A DNA stretch of 63,904 nucleotides. It comes from a virus. Its lineage: Duplodnaviria; Heunggongvirae; Uroviricota; Caudoviricetes; Ackermannviridae. Every line of letters starts with the position of its first letter. Positions within the stretch are counted from its first letter, which is position 1. Shown here in pieces: positions 37,668 to 46,814 of this stretch. Under the pieces are notes generated by a model that saw only the letters and a list, made by a program, of their open reading frames with translations, had not been told where the DNA came from and did no database searches. The stretch lies in the IMG/VR virus record IMGVR_UViG_2974516482_000001, positions 95,225-159,128 of that record; one strand, given 5' to 3'. A program made the translations under genes and the position numbers.

Positions 37668-39251
37668 TTACTTGTATAGACCGTCAACATCAATAGATTT
37701 ATGTTGGCGGTTGTATTCCGTAGTATAGTCATCCAACACGAGATATTCACAGCAGCGGATTTTACTAGAACCGTAATCATCAGTGATAGACACGATGTCT
37801 TTCGGGTTCAGCTTACAACGCACAACCCGCTGGCCCAGGCTACCGAAACATTGTTTCAGATACGCCAGAGAACAAACGTGAAGACCGTAAGAGCACAGAT
37901 CTTTGTTGTTATCGTTCACGAATGAGCGAGCCATCCGAACAATGGTGCCAGGAGCATTACTAACTTTTCCTGTGCGCTTGTCCATGTAGTTACCGCGAAC
38001 GGATTTATACAGAATGATATCACCGTCTTCATGAATTTCGATATCCGAATATGCCATGAATTCATAGATTCGACCGGACTGAACCAGCGCGGCGCTCGGG
38101 TTTTGGAACATTTTGTCCAGGAAACGACCCAAGCGTTCCAAGTTCGGATAATCGCCTTTTAATGCCAAAGCCAAAATGCGTTTGGCAACGGAAGTTCCGG
38201 TGATATCATAGCCACCCCAGCGAACACGATTGTCTGAAAGGTCAACCATGCCTGTGGTGAATTGTTTGATGGCTTCACGCGGTTTCATCAGAGTGTACGC
38301 TGTTTTGACGTCACGATTTTTAATCGCTTCAACAATACGGTCATACGCCTGGTGGCTCGTTGTGATCGTTTCCGGTTTACCATCAACCACGATCACGATA
38401 CTTTCCGGCAAAATCATGATCTGGTGTTCGTTCAGGAACACAGACAGATCTTTTTCATTAAATGAATTCTGAGTTTGCTTGTCGCCTGTTTCTCCAACAA
38501 CTGCAACCGTCTTGACCACGAATAATACGGATGACAATGCCAGACGAAGTGTACGGCCTAAAATTACATCAAAGTAACCCACGCGCCGACGGGCATCAAG
38601 GGAACCGCGCATCGGGTATGTTTCGCCGTCATGTTGTACACTGATTACCACGCCATCATTGACTTTGGTAACGCCATCAACCAGTGCTGTCGCCAATTCG
38701 GCCAACGGAGAAATGTTTTCTTCATTGAAGCGGCTAGACCGAGTTTCTAACGGTTTCAGTTCTTCGCTTCTGAAAAGTTTGGCCTGAATAGCAGCAGAGC
38801 TATCGTAACGCATACAGATAAACACTGTTTGGTTTTCCAGGAAACGGCCAACATACCATTCTTCGCCTTCAGAATCGACAGACACCGAACCTTCCAGAAC
38901 TTCATAGGTGTCGGGGATTTTCCCTTCTTCAGTCAATTCTTTAATTGGCGAAATCACGACCACGTTATTAGATTCTTTGATGATACGAACCATCAGGGCG
39001 CGGGCAATTGTTTTGGCACTGACGCCATAAACTGATGCCAGAGAAGAATTGCTTTCACCTTTGCTGCTCTTGGTTTGTATTTCTTGAATCTGTTCAGTGG
39101 TCAGAGACTTAATCGAAGCTGGATCCACTCCCAGTTCTTTATCCGACACGCGTTGTATCATTGAGCGCGGTACGCCCAATTCACTGGCTATTGAACTTTG
39201 ACTTCTGTTCTCATTCAACAGCTTGAGAATACGTTTTTCTATAGCATTCAT
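37668..39251 (-). CDS. rIIB: RIIB lysis-inhibition accessory protein
   Basis: N-terminal HTHs; YKSVRGNYMD and DLCSYGLHVC...VSITDDY..SKIRCCEY motifs. Confidence 0.92.
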   Translation of the reverse strand: MNAIEKRILKLLNENRSQSSIASELGVPRSMIQRVSDKELGVDPASIKSLTTEQIQEIQTKSSKGESNSSLASVYGVSAKTIARALMVRIIKESNNVVVISPIKELTEEGKIPDTYEVLEGSVSVDSEGEEWYVGRFLENQTVFICMRYDSSAAIQAKLFRSEELKPLETRSSRFNEENISPLAELATALVDGVTKVNDGVVISVQHDGETYPMRGSLDARRRVGYFDVILGRTLRLALSSVLFVVKTVAVVGETGDKQTQNSFNEKDLSVFLNEHQIMILPESIVIVVDGKPETITTSHQAYDRIVEAIKNRDVKTAYTLMKPREAIKQFTTGMVDLSDNRVRWGGYDITGTSVAKRILALALKGDYPNLERLGRFLDKMFQNPSAALVQSGRIYEFMAYSDIEIHEDGDIILYKSVRGNYMDKRTGKVSNAPGTIVRMARSFVNDNNKDLCSYGLHVCSLAYLKQCFGSLGQRVVRCKLNPKDIVSITDDYGSSKIRCCEYLVLDDYTTEYNRQHKSIDVDGLYK

Positions 39252-39276
39252 CTTGTAGTTCTCACTGTGAGGTAAT

Positions 39277-39308
39277 GGGGCTATTATGCCCCGAGAATAC
39301 GTTTTGAA
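39277..39308 (-). promoter_or_regulatory. TTCAAA-N14-CATAAT promoter for rIIB, in the rIIA 3' end, with the -10 in a hairpin loop
   Basis: ggggc-ataata-gcccc on the minus strand. Confidence 0.55.
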
Positions 39309-42015
39309 ATAGCCTTCACAAATCTAGTGGCATCTTCAATCGCGTTGTGTGCCGAAGGCTGATATGTTGACATCATGAATTTCACCAAACGATGACATTC
39401 AACTCGGTATCGGTTTTTGGCCTTTTGCTTTTGAGATATAGTGCTAGTGACCTTTATCTCATCAAATCCTTCAGCAGTTAATTTTTCATTCAATAAATCA
39501 ACAACTTGAGTTAACTGGTTACAGGCGCGGAAAAATCTCGTAGTTGAGAAAGGCATTTCTATATGATAATGTAATTCCTCAACAGCCTTGCGGAAATAAC
39601 CGTACCCCGATCCAGACGGATTTCGTTTGGCCAGCATACGAACAATCTTCCATTCTTCTTCAGTGATTTGTTGTTTCGCATAACTGATGATTGCTTTTGC
39701 CCTGTGTTGATGATGGGCATAGCCATCCGTAACTTTTCCATGGGAATCAATCAACAGCTTGGCACCATAATCAATGCGATGAGACATGATGTTTATGCCC
39801 TTGCGAAGTTTCAGGAGTTTCTTAGACTCAAGAGCCTGAAATTCATCTTTGTAATGCTCAAGCAACATATCAAACACTGCGTCAATGGGAATGAACACTT
39901 CTGGAAATTTCTTCATCATTGGTACGGATTTACGACGCGCAAGAACAATTGTTGGATGTGCTCCCAGCAAATCGAACATATTTTCGTTTCCATTCTCGCC
40001 GAACTTCGTTTTTTCCATCGCTTCACGTAAATGTCCCGCCGTGGATTGTCGTAAGGTATTACCCTGAATTTTATGGATACCTTCTCGGCCAGATACTTCG
40101 ATATATACGATCTTTTTGCCTGAATCAATAATATCTGAAACGGTTTTTCCATCCAATTCATGAACGCTGTCGAAGTTAAATGAATTGTAATAGAAACTAA
40201 ACATCCCAGGATCTTTTTCAACGGTCGGGCGAACATATTCCATTTCATGCATGAAATAGACTTCATCCGGATTGAATAAATCGCCAAAGACCTCGATCAG
40301 TTTATCGGCAAAGACCAGGTAGTCCGGCGTTGTTTCTTGTACACCGATCCATGATTCAAAATAAGACTTCAATTCCTCATGGTTGGTAAATGATTCTTTA
40401 TGTGCCGCCAGCTGATTCCGATTACTGAAATAATTTTCATTCGGTTTGACGACGATAACGACATTGAAGTTATTGCGTGCTGTTTGTATCTTCAGGTTTC
40501 GAGCACGATTCGAGTTATCAATAATAACAGCAATTTTTGATTTAGATTTCAACCAATTTCCGACAGAGTCCACATAAATGCTGTCGTGTACTACACCGTT
40601 GTCGTGTACTTCAATTTCGTAAGGACTACCAATAGACCGGAAAGGTGCATCCAAAGAGTAATCGCGCACGACGTCCGGCGCTCCGATATAACGGAACGTA
40701 CCTTTGTAGAAACGGTTATCTGCAGGAAATTCTCGCTCCACTAATTTACGGAAACCGCTACCGAACATATCGGTCAATTGAGCCTTCTTCATATAAAGCA
40801 TAAGAGGACCCATAGATTCGGCCTGGCGAAGTTCATACATCTTCGCCTGCATAATATTGTCAGCCACATATTTGAACACTCGGTTCAGGCTTTCACGAGT
40901 GAATTCGTCGTATGACAAGTCTTCGCGTGAAGGCGGTACATTCAGTTCCCCAAGTTCGAAGAAGGTATAGGAACTCGGGAATTTTTCCAGCACCGTGCAT
41001 ATTTCGGAGTCTAATTGGTCGAGGTCTATTGGGTAAGAAACCCCGCCCATGACAGCATAGTGGATGTTGTCGGAATCTGACTTCGGTTGGATATATGTGT
41101 TGCCTACACGGTTTTCGAAGTTGATGTCAGACCAACGGAAAGAATAACTGGCGTTTTCAACCTTCGGACGCATTGAAGGTCGCATCACTCGACCCAAACG
41201 GACCAACTCTTGTTCAAAGGCGGTAAACCGCTGATTCTTTACAGGAACTTTAACAGTCAGGCCGTTGAACTCATCAGTGTCTTCCGGTTTAGGATCACGG
41301 GTATCTAAATCCTTAGTAATGAGATCCACAGTTGGGATTCTGTCCGCATTCAGATACATCAGGAAGCGATACAGTTTACCTTCATAACGACTTTCTACAG
41401 TAAATGAGTCCGACACTGCAAATGGGGATTTAGAACCCAGCCCGAACGCGCCGATCTGTCCGTCGTCGTCCTCTTTGGTACTGTTGTGTACAAACCAGGT
41501 CCGCGGATGATCTCGCCATCCTCAGCGCGAAATACCAGTACCCCATTATAATAACCAGGCGTCCCAATAACAGCAGTGCTGTCGGGGATTTCGTCTTCCT
41601 TCACGACGATATTACCTTCAACCAGCACTTCATCTTCCCGCGCTGTAATAGGCTCACCGATGATCATTTCTAATGGAAGACCAATCCCATAATCCTTGAT
41701 TTCCAACCATGGTTCCATAACATCCGGTAAATGGACCACAACGGGCGTCCCTTTGGGAGCAAGATGCTTGCTGTATCTTTGAGGCATAGGGGTAAGAGGG
41801 GCATAATGGGACGGCAACCAACGCTGTTGGCGATCACGCATATTATGCGAGTCTATACCATTACACAACGTCTCACGCAAAGATGCGGCCTCTTTATATT
41901 TGTAGAGACTTGAGAATAATGTTTCAAATAATTTATCCGTCATCTTGACATTAAATGTCTGTCCGACGATAGTGGAAGAAGAGCGCACGAAATGCTCAGA
42001 CTTGCGCATTTTCAT
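39284..42015 (-). pseudogene. rIIA: rIIA, frameshifted at about 41482 (ORF-track pieces 41395..42015 and 39284..41416)
   Basis: GHKL motifs are split across frames: RETLCNGIDSH...IKDYGIGL...GLYTT in one frame, STKEDDDGQIGAFGLGSKSPFAVSDSF in another. Confidence 0.85.
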
Positions 42016-42092
42016 AGTATAGAATTCCTATTCAGTTTCAAAGGGAACACATTATTGGGGTATGGGTATGATACTAGCGGGGGACTCAATAG

Positions 42093-42116
42093 AAAAGCCT
42101 CCGATTGGAGGCTTTA
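42093..42116 (-). terminator. Intrinsic terminator
   Basis: aaaagcctcc-gatt-ggaggcttt. Confidence 0.75.
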
Positions 42117-42123
42117 ATCAGGA

Positions 42124-42477
42124 TTAACTTCCCTGAACGTTTACAACGGCGGCGTTGAAATTGAATATTGGGTGGGTGGCACCTGGTTCTAACGTCTCTT
42201 CCAGATAACCCGCGATATTGCGTGTCACAGATTTCGGCTCTGCGCGGGAAGGCTTCGTTGCGCCGAGGTCAATAATGCTCGAAGTGACTTGTTCAACCTG
42301 AGTGTGATTGACAACAAAATGATAACGACTACCGAAGGCCGCAACTTCAACTTCTGTGATTTCTAAACCACTCAATTCAGAGCTGTTCAACTGCTTCACA
42401 TTCAATTGAGAGCGGAGGTGCTCTACGATATTACTGTAAACATATTGTGGTGTGATCAGCTGTTCAATAGAACTCAT
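42124..42477 (-). CDS. Hypothetical protein (117 aa)
   Basis: ORF with GAGG RBS. Confidence 0.7.
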   Translation of the reverse strand: MSSIEQLITPQYVYSNIVEHLRSQLNVKQLNSSELSGLEITEVEVAAFGSRYHFVVNHTQVEQVTSSIIDLGATKPSRAEPKSVTRNIAGYLEETLEPGATHPIFNFNAAVVNVQGS

Positions 42478-42645
42478 GACATATCCTCATTTCTTTGGGG
42501 GTTATTGTTACTTAAACGGATCACCTCTGCTCGAAGGAAGAGGATTTCATCGGCCATCATTTTACCTTCTTGAAACATCACATGACATCGTGATGATCGG
42601 GGTTCACCTTCCGATAATGCGTGAAGGCGATATTCGGGAATGACT

Positions 42646-42852
42646 TCATTTACGGCGTTTCTTTTTGTTCTTTCCATGGGTCTTGGCCTTTTTAGGACGA
42701 CTGACGGAAGGACGAGCATGCCCAGGTTCCCCAGGGGTACACCCCTGTGCATAACGATGATCATCCCAGAGACGACCATTATGCATCATATCTTCAGCCA
42801 TGGCGGACAAAGCAAGGGTTGCTACAGTCGCAGCAGATAATGGTTTAGACAT
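42646..42852 (-). CDS. Small basic hypothetical protein
   Basis: Lys/Arg-rich C-terminus; start refined to MSKPL. Confidence 0.6.
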   Translation of the reverse strand: MSKPLSAATVATLALSAMAEDMMHNGRLWDDHRYAQGCTPGEPGHARPSVSRPKKAKTHGKNKKKRRK

Positions 42853-43291
42853 TTGTTTCACCTTTTGCTGCATACGACAGAGCTTTTACGATCATAACAG
42901 CCAAACCGATAGGATCGTATGCATTGTCGAATTCTTGTTCTATGTTCTGACGAATTTCATCAGAAGATTGTACTTCAGAGCAGTTCTTACTCTGTCTGCG
43001 TTGCTCTTGCTCGACTAGATCTTTGAACAGAAGGTCTTTGAAAGAATACTCATCGAAGTTTTCAAGATACCGTTGGATGCTTGGTTGTTTTACATCCATC
43101 GTTTGACGCAAATTGCTAATAGTTGAACTTGCCTGTTCGCGGTGTTTGTTCATAACAGCAAAGTTAACGGGCTTGCCCCAAGCATTCATCACTGGATTAG
43201 AGCATACTTGGCCAAAGAGATCTTGGAAGGCATCATCCATGTGGATCAACGCAGTGGCCAATTCTTCATAAGTTGGTTTTTGAGTAGTCAT
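42845..43291 (-). CDS. Hypothetical protein (148 aa)
   Basis: ORF track. Confidence 0.75.
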   Translation of the reverse strand: MTTQKPTYEELATALIHMDDAFQDLFGQVCSNPVMNAWGKPVNFAVMNKHREQASSTISNLRQTMDVKQPSIQRYLENFDEYSFKDLLFKDLVEQEQRRQSKNCSEVQSSDEIRQNIEQEFDNAYDPIGLAVMIVKALSYAAKGETNV

Positions 43292-43593
43292 TTTCGTTTA
43301 CTCCGATTTTTATATTTCTTAGCCTGACGTTTATGTTGGGCGGCTCCATATAGGCGCGGCGGCTTTTGATAACGTTGAGCCACCGCTTGAGATACCAATG
43401 TTTTGCGTTCACTTTCTACCAGATCATCACAAATTATCATGCGTTCACCTGGTTCACAACGACGTTTAGGAATATCGTCTACACTGATACATTCTACTTC
43501 AACGCCTTTCAACTTTTCTTGAAGGATAATGGCCATAGTACGAGCGCCCACCCCTCCTCCAATAATTGCAATCTTTCTTGGCTTGTCAGACAT
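43288..43593 (-). CDS. Hypothetical protein with an N-terminal GxGxxG-like motif and a basic tail
   Basis: KIAIIGGGVGA; too short for a full Rossmann enzyme. Confidence 0.65.
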   Translation of the reverse strand: MSDKPRKIAIIGGGVGARTMAIILQEKLKGVEVECISVDDIPKRRCEPGERMIICDDLVESERKTLVSQAVAQRYQKPPRLYGAAQHKRQAKKYKNRSKRK

Positions 43594-43613
43594 AATACAT
43601 TCCATAAAAAAGA

Positions 43614-43649
43614 GGATAGAGCAATAATACCCTATCCCCCTTTATTGAA
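43614..43649 (-). promoter_or_regulatory. TTCAAT-N14-TATTAT promoter with the -10 in a hairpin loop
   Basis: ggatag...ctatcc flanks the -10. Confidence 0.65.
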
Positions 43650-43655
43650 GAACGA

Positions 43656-44081
43656 TTAGTCTTTGGATTCTACTTTATCACCGCGCAGATCCTGGACGGG
43701 TTTGCCATCCGGTGACATGATGTAGATGGTGTTAATTGTCTCAAACCAGGATAGTTCATCAACTCCTTCAGTGTATGGTGTTACCGGAACTGAAGTTTTG
43801 ATATGATCACCATCGTTATTTGGGGTGCCATCAGACTTCAGCACTGGCTCCAGGAAGGCGAAACGACCATTTGGATAAATCACCCCGCCTTTAAACATCC
43901 GGATCTTCTTGCGAGGGTTGTTGGCCTCGCCAAGGCACACGACCAGATGATGGATCATCTCAGGGCGGGTGATCAGCGTGTCGTCACGGATGATCCCCTG
44001 TTTGATAGCAGAGATCACCACTTCGTCCAACAGCGCCTGCTGCTGATCCAGCGTCAGCGATTCAGTGAGTTTCAGAGCCAT
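43656..44081 (-). CDS. Hypothetical protein
   Basis: Start refined to MALKL (TAATG coupling). Confidence 0.7.
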   Translation of the reverse strand: MALKLTESLTLDQQQALLDEVVISAIKQGIIRDDTLITRPEMIHHLVVCLGEANNPRKKIRMFKGGVIYPNGRFAFLEPVLKSDGTPNNDGDHIKTSVPVTPYTEGVDELSWFETINTIYIMSPDGKPVQDLRGDKVESKD

Positions 44082-44209
44082 TATTCGTACCCCAAACATT
44101 TGTTTAAGAAAGTCAGGACATCATCCATGGTCTTGACCTCAATTTCAATGCCGAGTTGTTCCGCCAACTTGTTGGTGTTCTCGACGATCTCTTTGTCTCG
44201 CGCAGACAT
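44081..44209 (-). CDS. Small hypothetical protein (42 aa)
   Basis: MSARDKEIVENTNKLAEQLGIEIEVKTMDDVLTFLNKCLGYE*, read manually; fills the gap. Confidence 0.6.
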   Translation of the reverse strand: MSARDKEIVENTNKLAEQLGIEIEVKTMDDVLTFLNKCLGYE

Positions 44210-44213
44210 GATG

Positions 44214-44783
44214 TCAGCCTTTGAAGTTGATCGGTTTCTGAACCCCAGCGTCAAACGCGGCCTGGGTACGGGTATCGCTCACCACCTGGCAGGTCTTGTC
44301 AAGATCGATGCGCGGGTAGCCAAACACACCAGCAATCAACGAACCAGGGAACTGAGCCAGCTTGGTTTCGTACATCGCGCAGATGTCAAGCTTCTTGGTC
44401 TGACTGATACGGAACTCATCGCGGCCTGAGCTGATGACAACCTGGATCTCTTTGTACAGGCTGGAATCGAACTGAATGTTCTGTTCCTGGATCCACTGCA
44501 TCACAGCCTTGGAACCATCAGCGCCATAACGCCCTTCGAATGTACCTTTGATCACTTCCTTCAGGCCGTCTTTGTACATGTCAGGAATCTGCGCCGTCTC
44601 CTGAACTTTGAGCGTATAGTTGCTCAGGTAATTCTCGGAGTCTTTGTTGAACTTCTTGACCTGCTGCTCAGTGCGGTTGAAGTCGTTGAAATAACTGACG
44701 AAACTACCAACACCGATTACAACAAAAGCCAGAATCGCCAAACCGATGATCCAACCAATTGAAATACCTTTACGCTGCGACAT
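44214..44783 (-). CDS. LemA-like membrane-anchored protein
   Basis: N-terminal TM helix and helical body; C-terminal YETKLAQFPGSLIAGVFGY resembles LemA (YN.....FP..LIA..FGF). Confidence 0.6.
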   Translation of the reverse strand: MSQRKGISIGWIIGLAILAFVVIGVGSFVSYFNDFNRTEQQVKKFNKDSENYLSNYTLKVQETAQIPDMYKDGLKEVIKGTFEGRYGADGSKAVMQWIQEQNIQFDSSLYKEIQVVISSGRDEFRISQTKKLDICAMYETKLAQFPGSLIAGVFGYPRIDLDKTCQVVSDTRTQAAFDAGVQKPINFKG

Positions 44784-44798
44784 CTTTACTTCCTCTTG

Positions 44799-45908
44799 TT
44801 AAAACAAACGTTTGTAAGTGCGACCATTATACTGCATATGGCCTAATATGAAAATTGCGGTAAACGGAACACAACCTAATAAAACGACGATAATCACTTC
44901 CCATGTCTTGAGGTCACGCCATTTCAGATAATCCATTTCCTTCATTTCAACGCGGTTATAGCCTTTGCTTATATTGACTGCAACTTCTTGGAATACTGAT
45001 ATCCCCATGGGTTTGCCAGTCAATGAAAGACCGTTCCGGGAATGAAGTTCCATGTTATTCATCCCATCAGCAAATGACGTGGATTTACCCCAATTGATTT
45101 TCATATCCTTCGATATGTCAGTAACCACAATGACATCGTTCTTTTTACCACCAGACCATGCATATAGCAGCCCCTGAAAATATTCCACAGGCTGGCCAGA
45201 AGTCACTACCCACACGATATTGACCTGACGTGATGCCCCCAATGTTTTCAAAGTGTTGTTCAGATAATCATTCCAGTAATCAACAGGAATGTCCATCCCT
45301 GACATATTCAGAACACGAGTTACTCGGTAATAATCATACACCCTCGGATATGAAGGGATATGCTCTTTGAACTTCTCAGCGAATTGCTGGTCAGATTTAG
45401 AGAATAATGAATCTTTGTTGCCCAGCACATAATTCATATATGAATGTTCACGTGCCGCAGGTTCCCCGATTTTAACTTGTGCCCAACGCGGAGGCTCTGT
45501 AGTACCCTGACGATCAATACGGTCAATGCTCAGATCACCGACGGTTGTTAATACGTCCCAATCAACGTCATAAGAGTGCTCATAGCACGTGCTGCAATGA
45601 CGCGTTTGTGTACAAGATCGGTTATTTCCTGAACCAGAGCAAGAAGTTGTGTAATAGCACATACATTCATAAGAATGGCTACAACCCACCTTATTTCGTT
45701 GCTTGTCAGTAACGTACCCATTTAAAATTTCAACATCTCCCGAACTACCCAGGGAAAATGCAGCGTATGCTCCCGCCTGGATAAGACAGGATAATACAAC
45801 CACTATCGCAGTAGCAATTAGCGTTTCTTTTGGTTCATGGGTTTTGCGATGGTAAACCACGAACAATATGGCTAAAATAATAGGGACCACAAACAGAAGG
45901 TAAATCAT
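44799..45908 (-). CDS. Membrane protein with a Cys-rich periplasmic region
   Basis: Two N-terminal TMs, a Cys cluster, an alpha/beta domain and a C-terminal TM. Confidence 0.75.
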   Translation of the reverse strand: MIYLLFVVPIILAILFVVYHRKTHEPKETLIATAIVVVLSCLIQAGAYAAFSLGSSGDVEILNGYVTDKQRNKVGCSHSYECMCYYTTSCSGSGNNRSCTQTRHCSTCYEHSYDVDWDVLTTVGDLSIDRIDRQGTTEPPRWAQVKIGEPAAREHSYMNYVLGNKDSLFSKSDQQFAEKFKEHIPSYPRVYDYYRVTRVLNMSGMDIPVDYWNDYLNNTLKTLGASRQVNIVWVVTSGQPVEYFQGLLYAWSGGKKNDVIVVTDISKDMKINWGKSTSFADGMNNMELHSRNGLSLTGKPMGISVFQEVAVNISKGYNRVEMKEMDYLKWRDLKTWEVIIVVLLGCVPFTAIFILGHMQYNGRTYKRLF

Positions 45909-46291
45909 AACACACCATCCACGAGTTGTTCCTTCGTCATACCAAGAAGTTGATTTTTATGACCTGATTCAGCTCCATTTTTCAACAACAGATCCCAACG
46001 TTCTTCATGATACCGTGGAGTCATTGCATCGTCAAAAGAAACATGGTGGCGATGCATAATTGTTGCAACGGTATGAAGAACGATTGCTGTCGCTCTTTTT
46101 AAAGCACGTGTATCAGTGATATGGTCTTCATATTCGATACCCATCAAATCGAGTTCTTTCCGAATATATGCAATAGACAAATCACATTCAGAATGCAATT
46201 TAACAATAGTCGCTTTCTTAGGATGTAACACGCCGTCTGTTTCTTTCATGAACAGATCGTACAAATATTGTTTGTATTCGGGGCGCTTCAT
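45905..46291 (-). CDS. Hypothetical protein (128 aa)
   Basis: ORF track. Confidence 0.7.
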   Translation of the reverse strand: MKRPEYKQYLYDLFMKETDGVLHPKKATIVKLHSECDLSIAYIRKELDLMGIEYEDHITDTRALKRATAIVLHTVATIMHRHHVSFDDAMTPRYHEERWDLLLKNGAESGHKNQLLGMTKEQLVDGVL

Positions 46292-46527
46292 CTCGTAATC
46301 CCTCCGGCACAGATAATATTCAGTTCACCGCGACGGAAACCGCCTTGCCCATCGTCCAACTTAGTCAGAGGTGTATGTGCATCTCGAACTTTCTGAGCGA
46401 ACTCTTCCGACACCACCAGATGACCCATCAGAGGAGTCTTTTCTTGTTTTGGGGTGGATTCAAAATAGTCACCAAACGTCGCTTCCATATCGAGCACAGA
46501 CATGTCTTCAATTCGTTGCATTGCCAT
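46288..46527 (-). CDS. Hypothetical protein (79 aa)
   Basis: AAGG RBS, downstream of a promoter. Confidence 0.6.
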   Translation of the reverse strand: MAMQRIEDMSVLDMEATFGDYFESTPKQEKTPLMGHLVVSEEFAQKVRDAHTPLTKLDDGQGGFRRGELNIICAGGITR

Positions 46528-46550
46528 GATGTATTTCCTTGTAAAAGAAA

Positions 46551-46589
46551 GGGGAATGGGTTATTATTAACCCGTTCCCCTTTATTGAA
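46551..46589 (-). promoter_or_regulatory. TTCAAT promoter with an AT-rich -10 at the top of a 13-bp hairpin (also terminator-like)
   Basis: ggggaatgggtta-ttat-taacccgttcccc. Confidence 0.65.
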
Positions 46590-46608
46590 GAACGCAATCG
46601 CAGTCAGA

Positions 46609-46776
46609 TTACTTTTTCTTCAGCTCTTCCAGCTTGGCTTCAATTTGGTCCAGAATCTCTTTACCTTTCTGGACGATGGCTTCACCGTCTTGCGCGTGTT
46701 TACGAAAAACCAGAGCGCCAGCAATGAAACCAACAACCACGCCTGGGAGCGCATACACCAACAGATCTTGTAACAT
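46609..46776 (-). CDS. Small late single-TM protein (55 aa)
   Basis: MLQDLLVYALPGVVVGFIAGALVFRKHAQ...KLEELKKK*, read manually; GAGG RBS. Confidence 0.75.
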   Translation of the reverse strand: MLQDLLVYALPGVVVGFIAGALVFRKHAQDGEAIVQKGKEILDQIEAKLEELKKK

Positions 46777-46806
46777 GATTTATATCCTCACTTTTATAAG
46801 CAAGGA

Positions 46807-46814
46807 TATTTATA
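46807..46814 (-). promoter_or_regulatory. Late promoter TATAAATA
   Basis: Exact motif upstream of the 55-aa TM ORF. Confidence 0.75.

Noticed and set aside
42474-42779. 101-aa ORF overlapping 42646..42852, or a possible frameshifted small gene
   Set aside because: The 5' half overlaps a better-supported ORF. The 3' part may be a real small gene, but its start cannot be fixed without ortholog alignment.
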